Shown here piece after piece: positions 11,494 to 21,724 of a stretch of DNA of 64,000 nucleotides. Made by a program: the position numbers and the translations under genes. Below the pieces are notes generated by a model that did not search any database, had not been told where the DNA came from, and was given only the letters and a program-made list of their open reading frames with translations. Position 1 is the stretch's first letter, and every line of letters begins with the position of its first letter. The DNA is from Rebecca billardiae RCC1528 (lineage: Eukaryota > Protista > Haptophyta), in contig OZ251235.1 in the NCBI GenBank assembly GCA_965240325.2, positions 372,001 through 436,000 of the forward strand, in the 5' to 3' direction.

Positions 11494-12261
11494 TTACTTG
11501 CTGTTGTCCTTGTAGCCTTCGCCGCCGTCGACGCGCACGCCGAGGCAATCGACTTCTTGGGTCGGCATCGTGCCCGTCGCTGGGTCGTAGCCCTGCGGCA
11601 GAATCTCGACGAGGTAGCCATCCGGGTCCTTGATGAAAGCGAGGCCCTTCATGCCGCCGCTGTTCGGCGACTTGTGAAACTCGACGCCGAGCTTGTGGAA
11701 GCGCTCGCACGCCGCGTACACGTCCGGCATCGTGACACCCAGGTGGCCGAAGCCGCCGCGTACGGGCTCACCGTCCTTCGAGCCGGTTGCATCCGAGTTG
11801 CCAGTGTTGTACACCCTGGCGGCGTCCTCGGCCTCAGAGCCATGGTTCCAGGTGAGCTCGATGCAGCCGGGCGTGCGCATGCACAACGCAAACTTGCCAT
11901 CATCGTCGGATGGGATGGTCACCGAGTCGTCGAGCGGCGCGACAAAGTACACGGAGAATCCCCACTGCTCAAAGTTGTTGTGCCACAGAAGCTTCATGCC
12001 CAGGACCTTCGTGTAGAAGTCGAGCGACTTGATAGGGTCCTTGACTCTCACCATCGTCTGCTGCATCACAAAGCCTTTCGTCTCTGGCGGCTGCTTCGCC
12101 GTCGAGTACGCCGAGACGTCCGGCATGGTCGGCGCGCACATCGTCGCGAGGGGACGGCGTGCAGGGGCCAAACGAGTCGCAGCGCCGGAAACGACCGCCG
12201 ACGCGCGGAACGTGAGCGCCAACGGCGACAGCGCGCGCACGAACATGCACGCCGCCCGCAT
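11494..12261 (-). CDS. GLO1: Lactoylglutathione lyase (glyoxalase I) with an N-terminal targeting extension
   Basis: MQQTMVRVKDP..SLDFY..VLGM, IELTWNHGSE, GGFGHLGV and GMKGLAFIKDPDGYLVEI motifs. Confidence 0.95.
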   Translation of the reverse strand: MRAACMFVRALSPLALTFRASAVVSGAATRLAPARRPLATMCAPTMPDVSAYSTAKQPPETKGFVMQQTMVRVKDPIKSLDFYTKVLGMKLLWHNNFEQWGFSVYFVAPLDDSVTIPSDDDGKFALCMRTPGCIELTWNHGSEAEDAARVYNTGNSDATGSKDGEPVRGGFGHLGVTMPDVYAACERFHKLGVEFHKSPNSGGMKGLAFIKDPDGYLVEILPQGYDPATGTMPTQEVDCLGVRVDGGEGYKDNSK

Positions 12262-12463
12262 CGTGTGCTGACGGTCGTGGCAAGCGTCTGGATGCTGGCG
12301 CGTCCGGACTCCGGATGACAGATGCGCGATTCCGAAGAGACTCAAGAGAGACTAACTTACTGGCCAACCGCGACGGACGGCGGCACGCGCCGCGCCGCGC
12401 CCGGCATCCTCCAGGCCACCTTGCCAGGGCGCGCGCGGGGTCCGGCCGTCTTGTCGGGCAGCG

Positions 12464-13564
12464 ATGGTCTCTCGCGCCCTCGCGCGGCACGCGCGGCTTG
12501 GCGAGCGCGTGCGCATGCGCGGTGCATGTGCACAGCAGCTGTGCACCACGCGAAGGAGGACGGAGCGCAGGTGCGGCTGGCGCAAGCGCGTGCTCGTTTT
12601 GGTGGTGGTGGGCGGGCGGGCGGGAGGGTCGTGGGCTGGGGGGGAGAGTCTGAGACGCTCTGCCCTACGTCAATCGCACACACGTGCGCGCGCCGGCGCA
12701 TGCAGGGACTCGGTCGACGACGAGGTGCTGCGCGACCGCGAGCGCCACGCCGCGCGCATCGAGGCGTGCGAGTATGACGAGCGCGTGCTCGAGGAGATCG
12801 GCTCGGTGCGGCTCGGCCGGTACAAGCGGTACCAGAACCAAAAGGGCGTGTGCTCGAAGCAGGCCGCCCGCGCCGAGCTGAGCAAAGTCGAGTCCATCGG
12901 CCGCTCGCTCATCAACGCGCCCTCGCTCAACCACGAGGCTCTGCCTGAGGTCGTGCTGGCCGGCCACTCGAACGTGGGCAAGTCGTCGCTGCTCAACGCG
13001 CTCACGGGGCTGCCCGCGGCGCGCGGGCTGGCGGGTGTGCACCCGCGCGCGGGCTGGACCGACTCGATCTACATGTTCGAGGCGCGCGTGCGCGAGACGC
13101 GGCTCGTGCTGGTCGACACGCCCGGGTACGGCGTGGCGGTCGTCAAGGAGAGCACGAGGGTCAAGTGGGCGAAGGCGCTCGACGAGTTCGTGCTCTCGTC
13201 GGCGCACGCGCGCGCGCTGTTCCTACTCGTCGACTGCACGCGCGGGCTGTGCGCGCTGGACGAGCAGCTGCTCCGGCGTGCGGAGGCGCGCGCACTCCCA
13301 TGCCAGCTGGTGCTCACAAAGGCTGACCTGCTCACGCCTGAGGACCTCGCCAGGTCGCACGCAGTCGTGAGCGCGGACCTGAGAGCGCGCGCGCACGGCA
13401 CGGTGCACCCACCGCCCGCACTCGTGAGCGCGAACTTCTTCCAGGGCGTCCGCCAGCTTTGGGGGCTTGTGGCGCACTACTCGCAGCGGGAACCCACTCC
13501 GCCCGCCGTGTCGTCGGGTGCGAGGATGGCGCGCGAGCAGCACGCGCCACGTCGATCTGAGTAG
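12464..13564 (+). CDS. EngB/YihA (GTPBP8-like) ribosome biogenesis GTPase; intron 12571-12705
   Basis: G1 PEVVLAGHSNVGKSSLLN, G3 DTPGYG, G4 TKAD; Arg-rich presequence-like N-terminus. Confidence 0.9.
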   Translation: MVSRALARHARLGERVRMRGACAQQLCTTRRRTERRCGWRKRVLVLVVVGGRAGGSWAGGESLRRSALRQSHTRARAGACRDSVDDEVLRDRERHAARIEACEYDERVLEEIGSVRLGRYKRYQNQKGVCSKQAARAELSKVESIGRSLINAPSLNHEALPEVVLAGHSNVGKSSLLNALTGLPAARGLAGVHPRAGWTDSIYMFEARVRETRLVLVDTPGYGVAVVKESTRVKWAKALDEFVLSSAHARALFLLVDCTRGLCALDEQLLRRAEARALPCQLVLTKADLLTPEDLARSHAVVSADLRARAHGTVHPPPALVSANFFQGVRQLWGLVAHYSQREPTPPAVSSGARMAREQHAPRRSE

Positions 13565-14703
13565 CCGAGTAGGGAGTCAGTGGCCCGAACGGGAAGGGTC
13601 AGTGGCGCTAACTAGCAGTAACTGCTAACCGTGCCGTACCCTGCGGGCGTGGAGACGTACTCGGCCAGTGCGGAGGCGGGAGCCGAGCCGGCCGCGTGCC
13701 CGCGCCGCACGGGCCGTGGGGCGTGAGTACGGTCGACGAGCGCCGGTGGCGGGTGGCCGGGTGGCGGGGCACTGCGTCCGCGACTGGCGACATCGGCTGA
13801 CTCAGCTGTCAGCAGTCAGCACTCTCTTATTCGACAGCATGTCCGGCAGTGGCCGACTCGACCGCAGTGGAGTGGTGCCAGGGCAACAGTACGGCGGTCG
13901 CGGGCCGAGCGGCCGCCGTCTGCCCGCCTCGGTCGGTACGGTTTGAGGAGTTCAAGGGTGGGGGTGGTGCCTGGTGGTTGGTTGACTTGGTTGGGGCCGG
14001 CTTGGCCAGGGGCAGGCAGCTCGGGAGGCCGTTCGGCCCGGGCCCGAGTCCGCGCTACGATCACCCGCCGTGGCGCCGGGCCCGGAGCCCAGACGGCCAG
14101 AGTTTTAGTTAGTATTAAACGGGTCCAATTTATTACTCATATCACTCGACAATCTCGACATTGATGACTGACTCATAGCCATGAGTCATGTCAATTTACA
14201 TTTGTCATCATCAGTAGTCTCGTCATGCATGTACTGATTGTAGTCATCACTAGTCTCCGATCGACCGATGACTCATGAGTCAGCGATTGACAAATCACAA
14301 ATGACAGACATTGACTCCGAGGCAGACCGAGCCGCACTGTGTAAGAGTGTGATGCGATAACGACCGCAGCCGCAGGCTCGTGGCAGCTGACCAAATCCGC
14401 AGCCGGACTGCCAGAGGACCGCAGACGACACGTCCTCCATGCTTCGCACCAGCGGCTGAGCCGGATCGCTGGCCACAGGACGGTCTGAGTGACAGGAACT
14501 AGCCAGGATCCGCAACGCAGGGCCGCCAGGCCCAGGCCCTGGCGGGCCAGGCGCGCGGACACCGCATTCCTTCGCCTGTGCCGATCGGACTAAGTTAAGT
14601 CAAGTCGCATGCCCGACCGTAGGCTGACCGGCCACGGCCGACAGGGCGACAGCGCCGCGTGACGGCGCGCGCCGGGCCCGGGCCACCAGAGTGAGAGTCA
14701 ATC

Positions 14704-15114
14704 TGTTGTATTAATCCCGAATTTCCTCCGTGCACGATTTCTTTTCCTTTCCAGGCGCTTGGATCCAACCGCCAGGAGAGGTCGAGTCCCAGGTACTACT
14801 CGCTGTCGTACCTGCCCTCCCTGAACCGGCGCGAGCGCGCTCGGCCCCTAATCCTATTGCTTTCGCCGCTGCCCGCAGGCGAACGCAAGCCGCCGGTTAC
14901 GTATATACGTTTTCCCCCGGCGCTATTGGTCTAACGACCGGCCAATCAGTTTACTGGTGGCCGCCGTTTGCCCTTGACATTGACTTGTGACCCGTGTGGG
15001 ACGACTCCCGCACCGCCCGCTCGTCCGCACGGACGACGCTGCTGACGACGTCCGCAGGTACACTGTGATAAGCCCCTGCGTGACCGGGGAACTGGTAAGG
15101 CGGAATAAACATCA
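14704..15114 (+). mobile_element. Solo LTR (411 bp)
   Basis: TGTTG...CATCA termini; 5-bp TSD CAATC at 14699-14703 and 15115-15119; AATAAA near the 3' end; homologous to 10988-11278. Confidence 0.88.
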
Positions 15115-15931
15115 CAATCTAATTGGTGAATATCTGCTCGTGAATTGAAAATTCAGCCCGGTAGGCGGCTGCTCATTCATGACTCATTGGTATTCAATGG
15201 TGACGTCCCGGCGCCGCTCGGAGTAAATTGAAAATTCCGAGTCTGAGCGGCTCATTCACGTCCCGGCGGACGGAGTGACCGTGAGCCGCGTCTCACGCGG
15301 ATTCCGAACATACCGCGATAGTCATAGTACGACCGGGCGCCTAGGCTTCGCCTAGTCGGGCACACGGAGGCGGAGCCAATGTAAGTCGGTCAGTAGAGTG
15401 ACCGATTGTCGGACCGAGCCTACGGGCCGCCGCTGGCCCGAGTGGCCCGTGGCCGGGCGCGCGGACCGGCCCCGTGGCGTGGGCGCGTGGCGGCGGACCG
15501 CGCGGCGCCCGCCGCCGGCCCGCCGGCGCCAGGGCGCGCCTCACGACCGCTAGGGCGCTACAGAGTACAGAGAGTTAGTACTCGCAGCCCGTCCGCGCCG
15601 GACTAGGCACTGCACGGACCGCTCACTGCTCAGTGAGAGTTTTCACTTCCCAGTCTATTCACATGTGGTGTGCGTTTCCCCGGCACAGCGCGAGCGCTAC
15701 TAGCGCCCGCGTGGCATGGCAGGTCGCCGGGGCGGTCCTGTTCGGCGGCAGAGACCGCACGGAGTCTGATCGAGCCGCGGGGCTCCGGTCCGACGGTCGG
15801 CTGGCCAGCGGCGCCGCACCGCGCCGCCCAAAGTCGGCCCGCTGGCTCAGCGGACATCCGCGATGAGCATGCTCGGCGGCATCGAAGCGACGCGGCGCAT
15901 CGTGAATCGCGCGGTGGCTCAGAGCGCGAGC

Positions 15932-16318
15932 TCACTCCAGGCGGTCGAGCTGCGGGTTGCCGCCCTGCTGCTCGCGCCTGAACTCCTCCTCCGCCTGCAG
16001 GATCCAGAACGACGGCAGGTCATCGACCTCAGCGAGATCCCGGTCGAGGTTGTCGTACGCGCCAAGTGCTTTCTGTGAGACCTTGCGGCAGACCTGCTTG
16101 CCGAAGGCGCCCGTCTCGCACACACGCCCGCGCTTGAAATCAATCTTGGACGAGATCTTGCCGATCACGTCGCCGACACCGAGGGCGACCACGTTGGAGC
16201 GGGCCGCCGCGTGACGCCTGTGCAGCGCGTTGATGTGTGCGTCCGGGGCCAAGGCCGACACCGATGTCGCCAGCGCCGCCAGCGCGAAGAGCATGAGTGC
16301 GTAGGCGAAAGTGCGCAT
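15932..16318 (-). CDS. Small unknown protein with a signal peptide and transit-like region (putative plastid protein)
   Basis: MRTFAYALMLFALAALATSVSA signal-like peptide, Arg/Ala-rich linker, C/G-ending codons. Confidence 0.65.
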   Translation of the reverse strand: MRTFAYALMLFALAALATSVSALAPDAHINALHRRHAAARSNVVALGVGDVIGKISSKIDFKRGRVCETGAFGKQVCRKVSQKALGAYDNLDRDLAEVDDLPSFWILQAEEEFRREQQGGNPQLDRLE

Positions 16319-17903
16319 CGTCGTTAGCGGCGAATGGGACGACGAACTTGCGGCGGCCGGTTGGTGTCTTTTACCCCCTGAAGAGGCGCGCTTCGGGGAA
16401 AGTGCCACTGACGGACGGGCGGTTTCGGTCCCAGCCGCTCGGTTGATTGTCCTCAGAGTTTCATCAAATGCCCGTTGAGGGAGCCACAGCGGTCATCAAC
16501 GACCAATCAGAGGTGATCCTCGGTGTCTAGTTGGCCGTCAGCACCAATGAGGGCCGAAGCTGAGCGCGTCGCCTGTTAAAATTGAGGGTAAATTGGTGCT
16601 ACCCCCGCCATACGGTACGTCTCCCGCCTTATTTAGTTATTTCTGTCTAAGCACAACGTTCGTCAGTTTTTGGACTCATGGCCACGATGGCGACGCCGCG
16701 GCGAGGAGCGCTCCAAGGGGTGGGGGAGGGGGGGGGGAAGGGGCGCGACAGCATATTCAATGTAGTAGGCAGTGCCAATCGCGCGCCACCATCAGCGCCG
16801 CACGCTCCTCCGGACAAGTCCTGCAGCCGACTTTGCCGAGGAGTTTAGAAGAGTCTCAGGCAGCGAGGGTGCCATGTTCCCGGCTTCCAGTTGCGGGACG
16901 TGCGTTGTGAGCGTGAGCAGCCAGGAAGAGACTGTGCCGATTTTTGGTTTCATCAAAGGCCATCGGCCGTCCGGATCGCTCGGGCCCGCCGAGCTGCTTC
17001 CAGTTTTGTGCGTGCACGACCGCCTCTTCCGCCCGACATCACGCCAGAGCACCTCGTCGTCAGGCGTGGTGGGCTGTGTCCGCCTTGGCTTGCGTCCGTG
17101 TCATGGGTGGTCCGCAGGGGTAGGCAGGCCTTCGAAGGAGTCAGGCGCAACCCGGGTCGTTGCACGTGCAACCATCGAACTTCTTGTGCGCGCGGCTGCA
17201 GGCCTGCCCTCACAATACTTGCGCGGTGCGTACGCACCCAGACGATCGGATCATGGCCTCGCTCGTCTGATGGGCCGACGATTGCTCGTGCGGTGCTGTG
17301 CCCGTGCGCATGCAGCACGGCCGTACAGCAGCCCCCCCCCACGGCGGCGTATCCCCGAGGCGCATGGGCTCTTCGAAGAGCGCGGGAAGGGATGCGGTTG
17401 CGCGCCAGGCCGTCCGCACGGCCTCACAGACCTCCCTGCATTCTGCTCACGCGGGCCGCTGTGCCCAGTGCCGCGGTAGCTCAGCAGTGCGGCCGCCGCA
17501 GCCCGCGAGCCCGCGCGGGACGGATACGTCGTGCGCATTTGCTGCTTGGCTGCGTCCGGTTCATGCGCAAAGAGTCGTCGTCGCATTTCCGTGAGAGGGA
17601 CGCTGAGAGTGCTCGAGCGACATAAGTCCTCGTGCAGCCCGCTCCTGCCCAAAGATCGTCCTCTCGATGATCGTCCTCTAGGACATGTCGGCCGACCGAC
17701 TTTATAAATTCTCCTTTAACGGGCTCCGGGTGAGCCGCAGACATGTCCCCATCAGCACGACTCACAATTAAGTCAATGACTGAGTCACCTGTCAGTCATT
17801 CAGTCTGCCACAACAGATTGCTGCGGCAAGAGACTTGTCCTCAACTTGCCTCAACTGTCCATGGATCCCGCGTCAGCCATTGTCAGCTTTGCTGATCACT
17901 TCG

Positions 17904-20263
17904 ATGCGCGCTGCTGTTTTGGGCTTGCTGGCGGGCGGACACTGCTTCACCAGTGGACCCCGCAGTGGCCGCCCTTGCTGGCCCTTGGCCGCTCTTTCGC
18001 CGGGTGCGAGGGGCGCGGGGGCGGGCTGGCCGTGTGGCTCGTGGATGAGAGCGTGTCTGCTCTGTTGCGGTGACATGTCGGCGTCCACGACGAAGGTCGT
18101 CTTCCTCACCGACCCCGAGGGCAACCTCGGCTACTTTGAGCAGTGCGTCAACCAGTCGCACGGCATCTTCTATGATCCAGCGGGCGAGCTCAAGCTGCGG
18201 CCAGATTGGACGTTCGTGGTGCGGGCCGAGGCCACTTCCGCGCGGGCGCAGACACGACCCGCGCACCCGCCCGTCGCGCGCGCGCGCTCACCTCGCCCGT
18301 GGTGCCTGTGTGATGTTCCGCGTGCGGCGCGGCGCGCTGAGCGCAGTTTGGCGGCGACCTGTGCGACAAGGCTCCGGGCTCGTTGCGCATCGCCAAGCAG
18401 CTGGTGGCCGTGAAGAAGCGGTACGGCGAGCGCGTGCACCTGATTGTGGGTAATCGCGACCTGAACAAGCTCCGTCTGCTCTCCGAGCTGTCTGACGAGG
18501 CCATGGTGCGGCGGCCGCGCGCGGCATGCGAGCGGCGCGACACGCGCGGGCTGCCGGCACGGCTCCGGGCGCGCGGCGCGCCTGCATGCATGCGCTGCTG
18601 GCGTACGGGCGCGGGCGCATTCTGCTTGCGTGCTGCGTGGGCTTCGGCGCATTGCAGGCGCGCCCTGCCGTCACCTAGCCTGCTCGCGCCGAGGGTGGGA
18701 TGCGCGAGACGTTTGCTCACTCGACCGTGCAGTGGCGCCGCCGCGCGGCAGCCATCGAGCGAGCGCTCACGCGCGCGCGCGCCGCACGCGCCGGCTGCCC
18801 CGGCCCGTCGGGCGCGCCTGCGCGTCGCGCCCCGCAGGCGACGGAGCCGCCGATCCCGTACGGCAGCCCCAAAACGTGCACCACGTACGCCGCGTTCCTC
18901 GCCAAGCTCGCGCTCGAGGCGAAGCACAAGGGCGTGGCCGAGGGCAAGCCCCTGCCCCAGTCGGTGTGGGCGGAGCTGAACGGGCGCGCCAACCGGCTGC
19001 GATGGATCCTCGACTGCACGATGGGCTCGCAGGGCGACTTCGAGCGGCGGCGCACCGAGCTCGCGATCATCGGCGGGTGCGAGCCCTCCGCCATCACCGA
19101 CGACGCCGTCGTCGCCTCGTACCTCGACTCGGTGCGGTCGGGCGGCGTGATGCTCGAGTACCTCCAGCACGGCGTGCTCGCGGTCGGCATCGACTCGACG
19201 CTGTACGTGCATGGCGGGCTGGTCGCCGTGTCGTACTCGCAGGCCGGGGAGAAGTTCGTGACGCAGGCGGCGCAGGTGTACGCGGGCGACGTGCTCACCG
19301 AGGGCGCCTTCGAGGTCGCCCTCGGCTGCGTGCCCGGCCAGCCAGGCCGCGAGCCGGACGTGGGCGCGTGGATGCGCAAGCTCAACGCGTGGCTGCAGCT
19401 CGCCGTCAGCGCGTCAATCAGCTCGCCGCCCAAGCAGCCGCACGCGGCGTTCGGCCAGCAGTACTGCGCATACGGTGCGCCGCCGCCGCCGCCGCGCGCG
19501 CGCCGCGCGCGCCTGCCCAACCCGCCGCACCGCCCCCGCCGCACCGCGCGCCCCCCACTGGCGCGGCCGCCGCCGCCGCGCGGCCGGGCGCAGGCACGTG
19601 GCCGAGTGTGATCATCTCCCGCCATCTCAACGAGAAGAGCCAGCCGGTGCCGATGCCGCAGGGGCTGGCTCAGCAGCTGCTCGGGGCGGGGTACTCGCGG
19701 CTCGTGATCGGGCACACGCCGCACGGCAACTGCCCCACGGTCGTCCCCGGGCCCGTGCAGGTGATCATGGCGGACACGTCCTACTCGGACATGAAGGCGC
19801 CCGACAACCGCGGCGAGGCGGCGTCGGTGCGCGCCCGCCGTGTGCGCGCCCGGCCGTGCGGCGCGCACGCCCGCGGCGTGTGTGCGCTCGCGCGTGCGCG
19901 CGCGCGTAGAGCGGTGCTCAGCGCGCGCCGGCGCCCCCGCCGACGCCCCGCGCTCCACGCGCCACCCCCTGCCGCGCGCGCGGCGTGCAGATCGTCGAGG
20001 TCGAGGGCGCGCGGCTGAGCGTGACCGGCCGGCTCGAGGACAAGCGGCCGATCGCGTACACCGTCTACTCGGGCGGGGCGGGCGCGCACGCGGACGAGGA
20101 CGTGCTGATCGGCAAGGGCAACTTCGCCGACTGGTTTGTCAAGGCGAAGCTGGCGACCACGCAGGGCGCGGAGCCGCACTACCTGCTCTGCCACGTCGAG
20201 GGCTTCAAGTACGAGTACAAGACCTGCTCCGAGGCGGAGACCAAGAAACTGATCGGCGCGTGA
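17904..20263 (+). CDS. Calcineurin-like metallophosphoesterase; introns about 18219-18346, 18506-18837, 19475-19593, 19827-19990
   Basis: Motifs FLTDPEGN, FGGDLCDK, LIVGNRD, YVHGG, VIGHTPHG and ADTSYS joined across GT-AG introns; start at 17904 or 18075. Confidence 0.8.
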
Positions 20264-21675
20264 GCGAGCGAGCGAGGGCGGCGCGACGCGCGCTGCCGCC
20301 CGGCTGGGATCGGCCGTCTGCCCGCCCTGCGCGGCGCCACCGGCTGCAAGCGACGCCATGCAGATCTGTACAAGACCGGGCGCTCCTCCAGCCCTCGCGG
20401 CACGATGCACCGAGCCATGCCTCCTCTCCGCCGCGCCGCTGTTGATGGGGCGGAGGCACGCGCGCGAGTCGATGGCCGCCAGGGCTCGTGACCCGGCCGC
20501 GAGTGTGCTGACAGTGACACATTGCTGCGACTCTGAGCAGCGAGGCCTTCCATCACCGTCGGCCCCTGGGCGTGACCGAGCTCGAGCAGCCTGGCATCTC
20601 TACTGTACCCTCCAGCCGGGCGGCGGGTCACTTCTCTGTGCTCACGTCGCACGAGCCGGATCATCGGGATCTCCCCGCACTGCCGGTCGCCGTTGGCGCG
20701 CGGCCGTTGACGATTTGACGCCTCTTGAAGGAATGCCGTACGTCGGCCGTCGGACGCCACCTTCACCGTGCCCTTGAGGCTTGAGTTGCGCTGCCGGCCG
20801 GCTGTATGCTGGTGTCACATCAGTGTCCTATAAGCAGTACACGTAGCCCGGCCATACGACGAATGATAGTGATACACGGGACTTAGACTTAGTAACTAGT
20901 CTTCAGTGTGACTGGCACTACTCAGCCTCAGGCGCTCTGCAGTCTGCACCGGCTCCGGTCCACGCCCCCCCCCGCACTGCGTCCCCAGGGCCAGGCCCCG
21001 AGCTCCGTTAGGCGTCATTATACTCACAGAGTCATAGACGTCGACGGTTACGTCTTGTACTTGGCCCCGAGCGCGGCGAGCCCAAGTCGTCAAGTCTGTC
21101 CGAACCAGCAAGTGTCAGTGGACCATGCAGGCACAGAGCACGGTCCCTTCAGCACCGACCTGCGCCCGATTGATGACCGATGACTTCATCAACGCGATAA
21201 ATAATGTCGTCGCATCCGACCTAACCCGTAACCGCCTCCCAATAGGTGACTCAGACTCATGTAATTACCGGTCCCTTACTCAGATTGTTTTCGATTTTTA
21301 CTTTATGTAATTACCCGTCCCTTACTCAGATTTCAGCACAGTCCAGCGTGTCAAGATCCAACGTTACCGGACTCGCTCTCCTGTGCGTACACACCCGGAT
21401 CACCAACCGTCACTGGACACCACATACGCCGACTCGCATTATCAGGTCGGCATCACTCTTACTCCCATCATGGTTCATTTCACGACTTACCCGTTGATGG
21501 CTATCAGTGCCTCCTACACGGTCCTAGGACTGTCGGATGCCCCCCTAGTGACCGGCTCGTTCAGTTCGTACCGCTTCGCATTGCATCAGTCGAACCTCCG
21601 TCTCTCGGGGCATCCTCGCCCCCCTCGTCACGCTCTCGGGCCTCACGGCCCTGTCGCTCTCTTCACCCTTTGACA

Positions 21676-21713
21676 TGGTGGAGCCGCGGGGTGTCGAACT
21701 CCGTACCTCCCGC
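21676..21713 (+). promoter_or_regulatory. Extended primer-binding site complementary to the 3' half of tRNA-Ala
   Basis: Reverse complement GCGGGAGGTACGGAGTTCGACACCCCGCGGCTCCACCA reads as anticodon-stem 3' strand, variable loop, T arm, acceptor strand with U70/A73, and CCA. Confidence 0.8.
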
Positions 21714-21724
21714 CGGGTGGCGAC

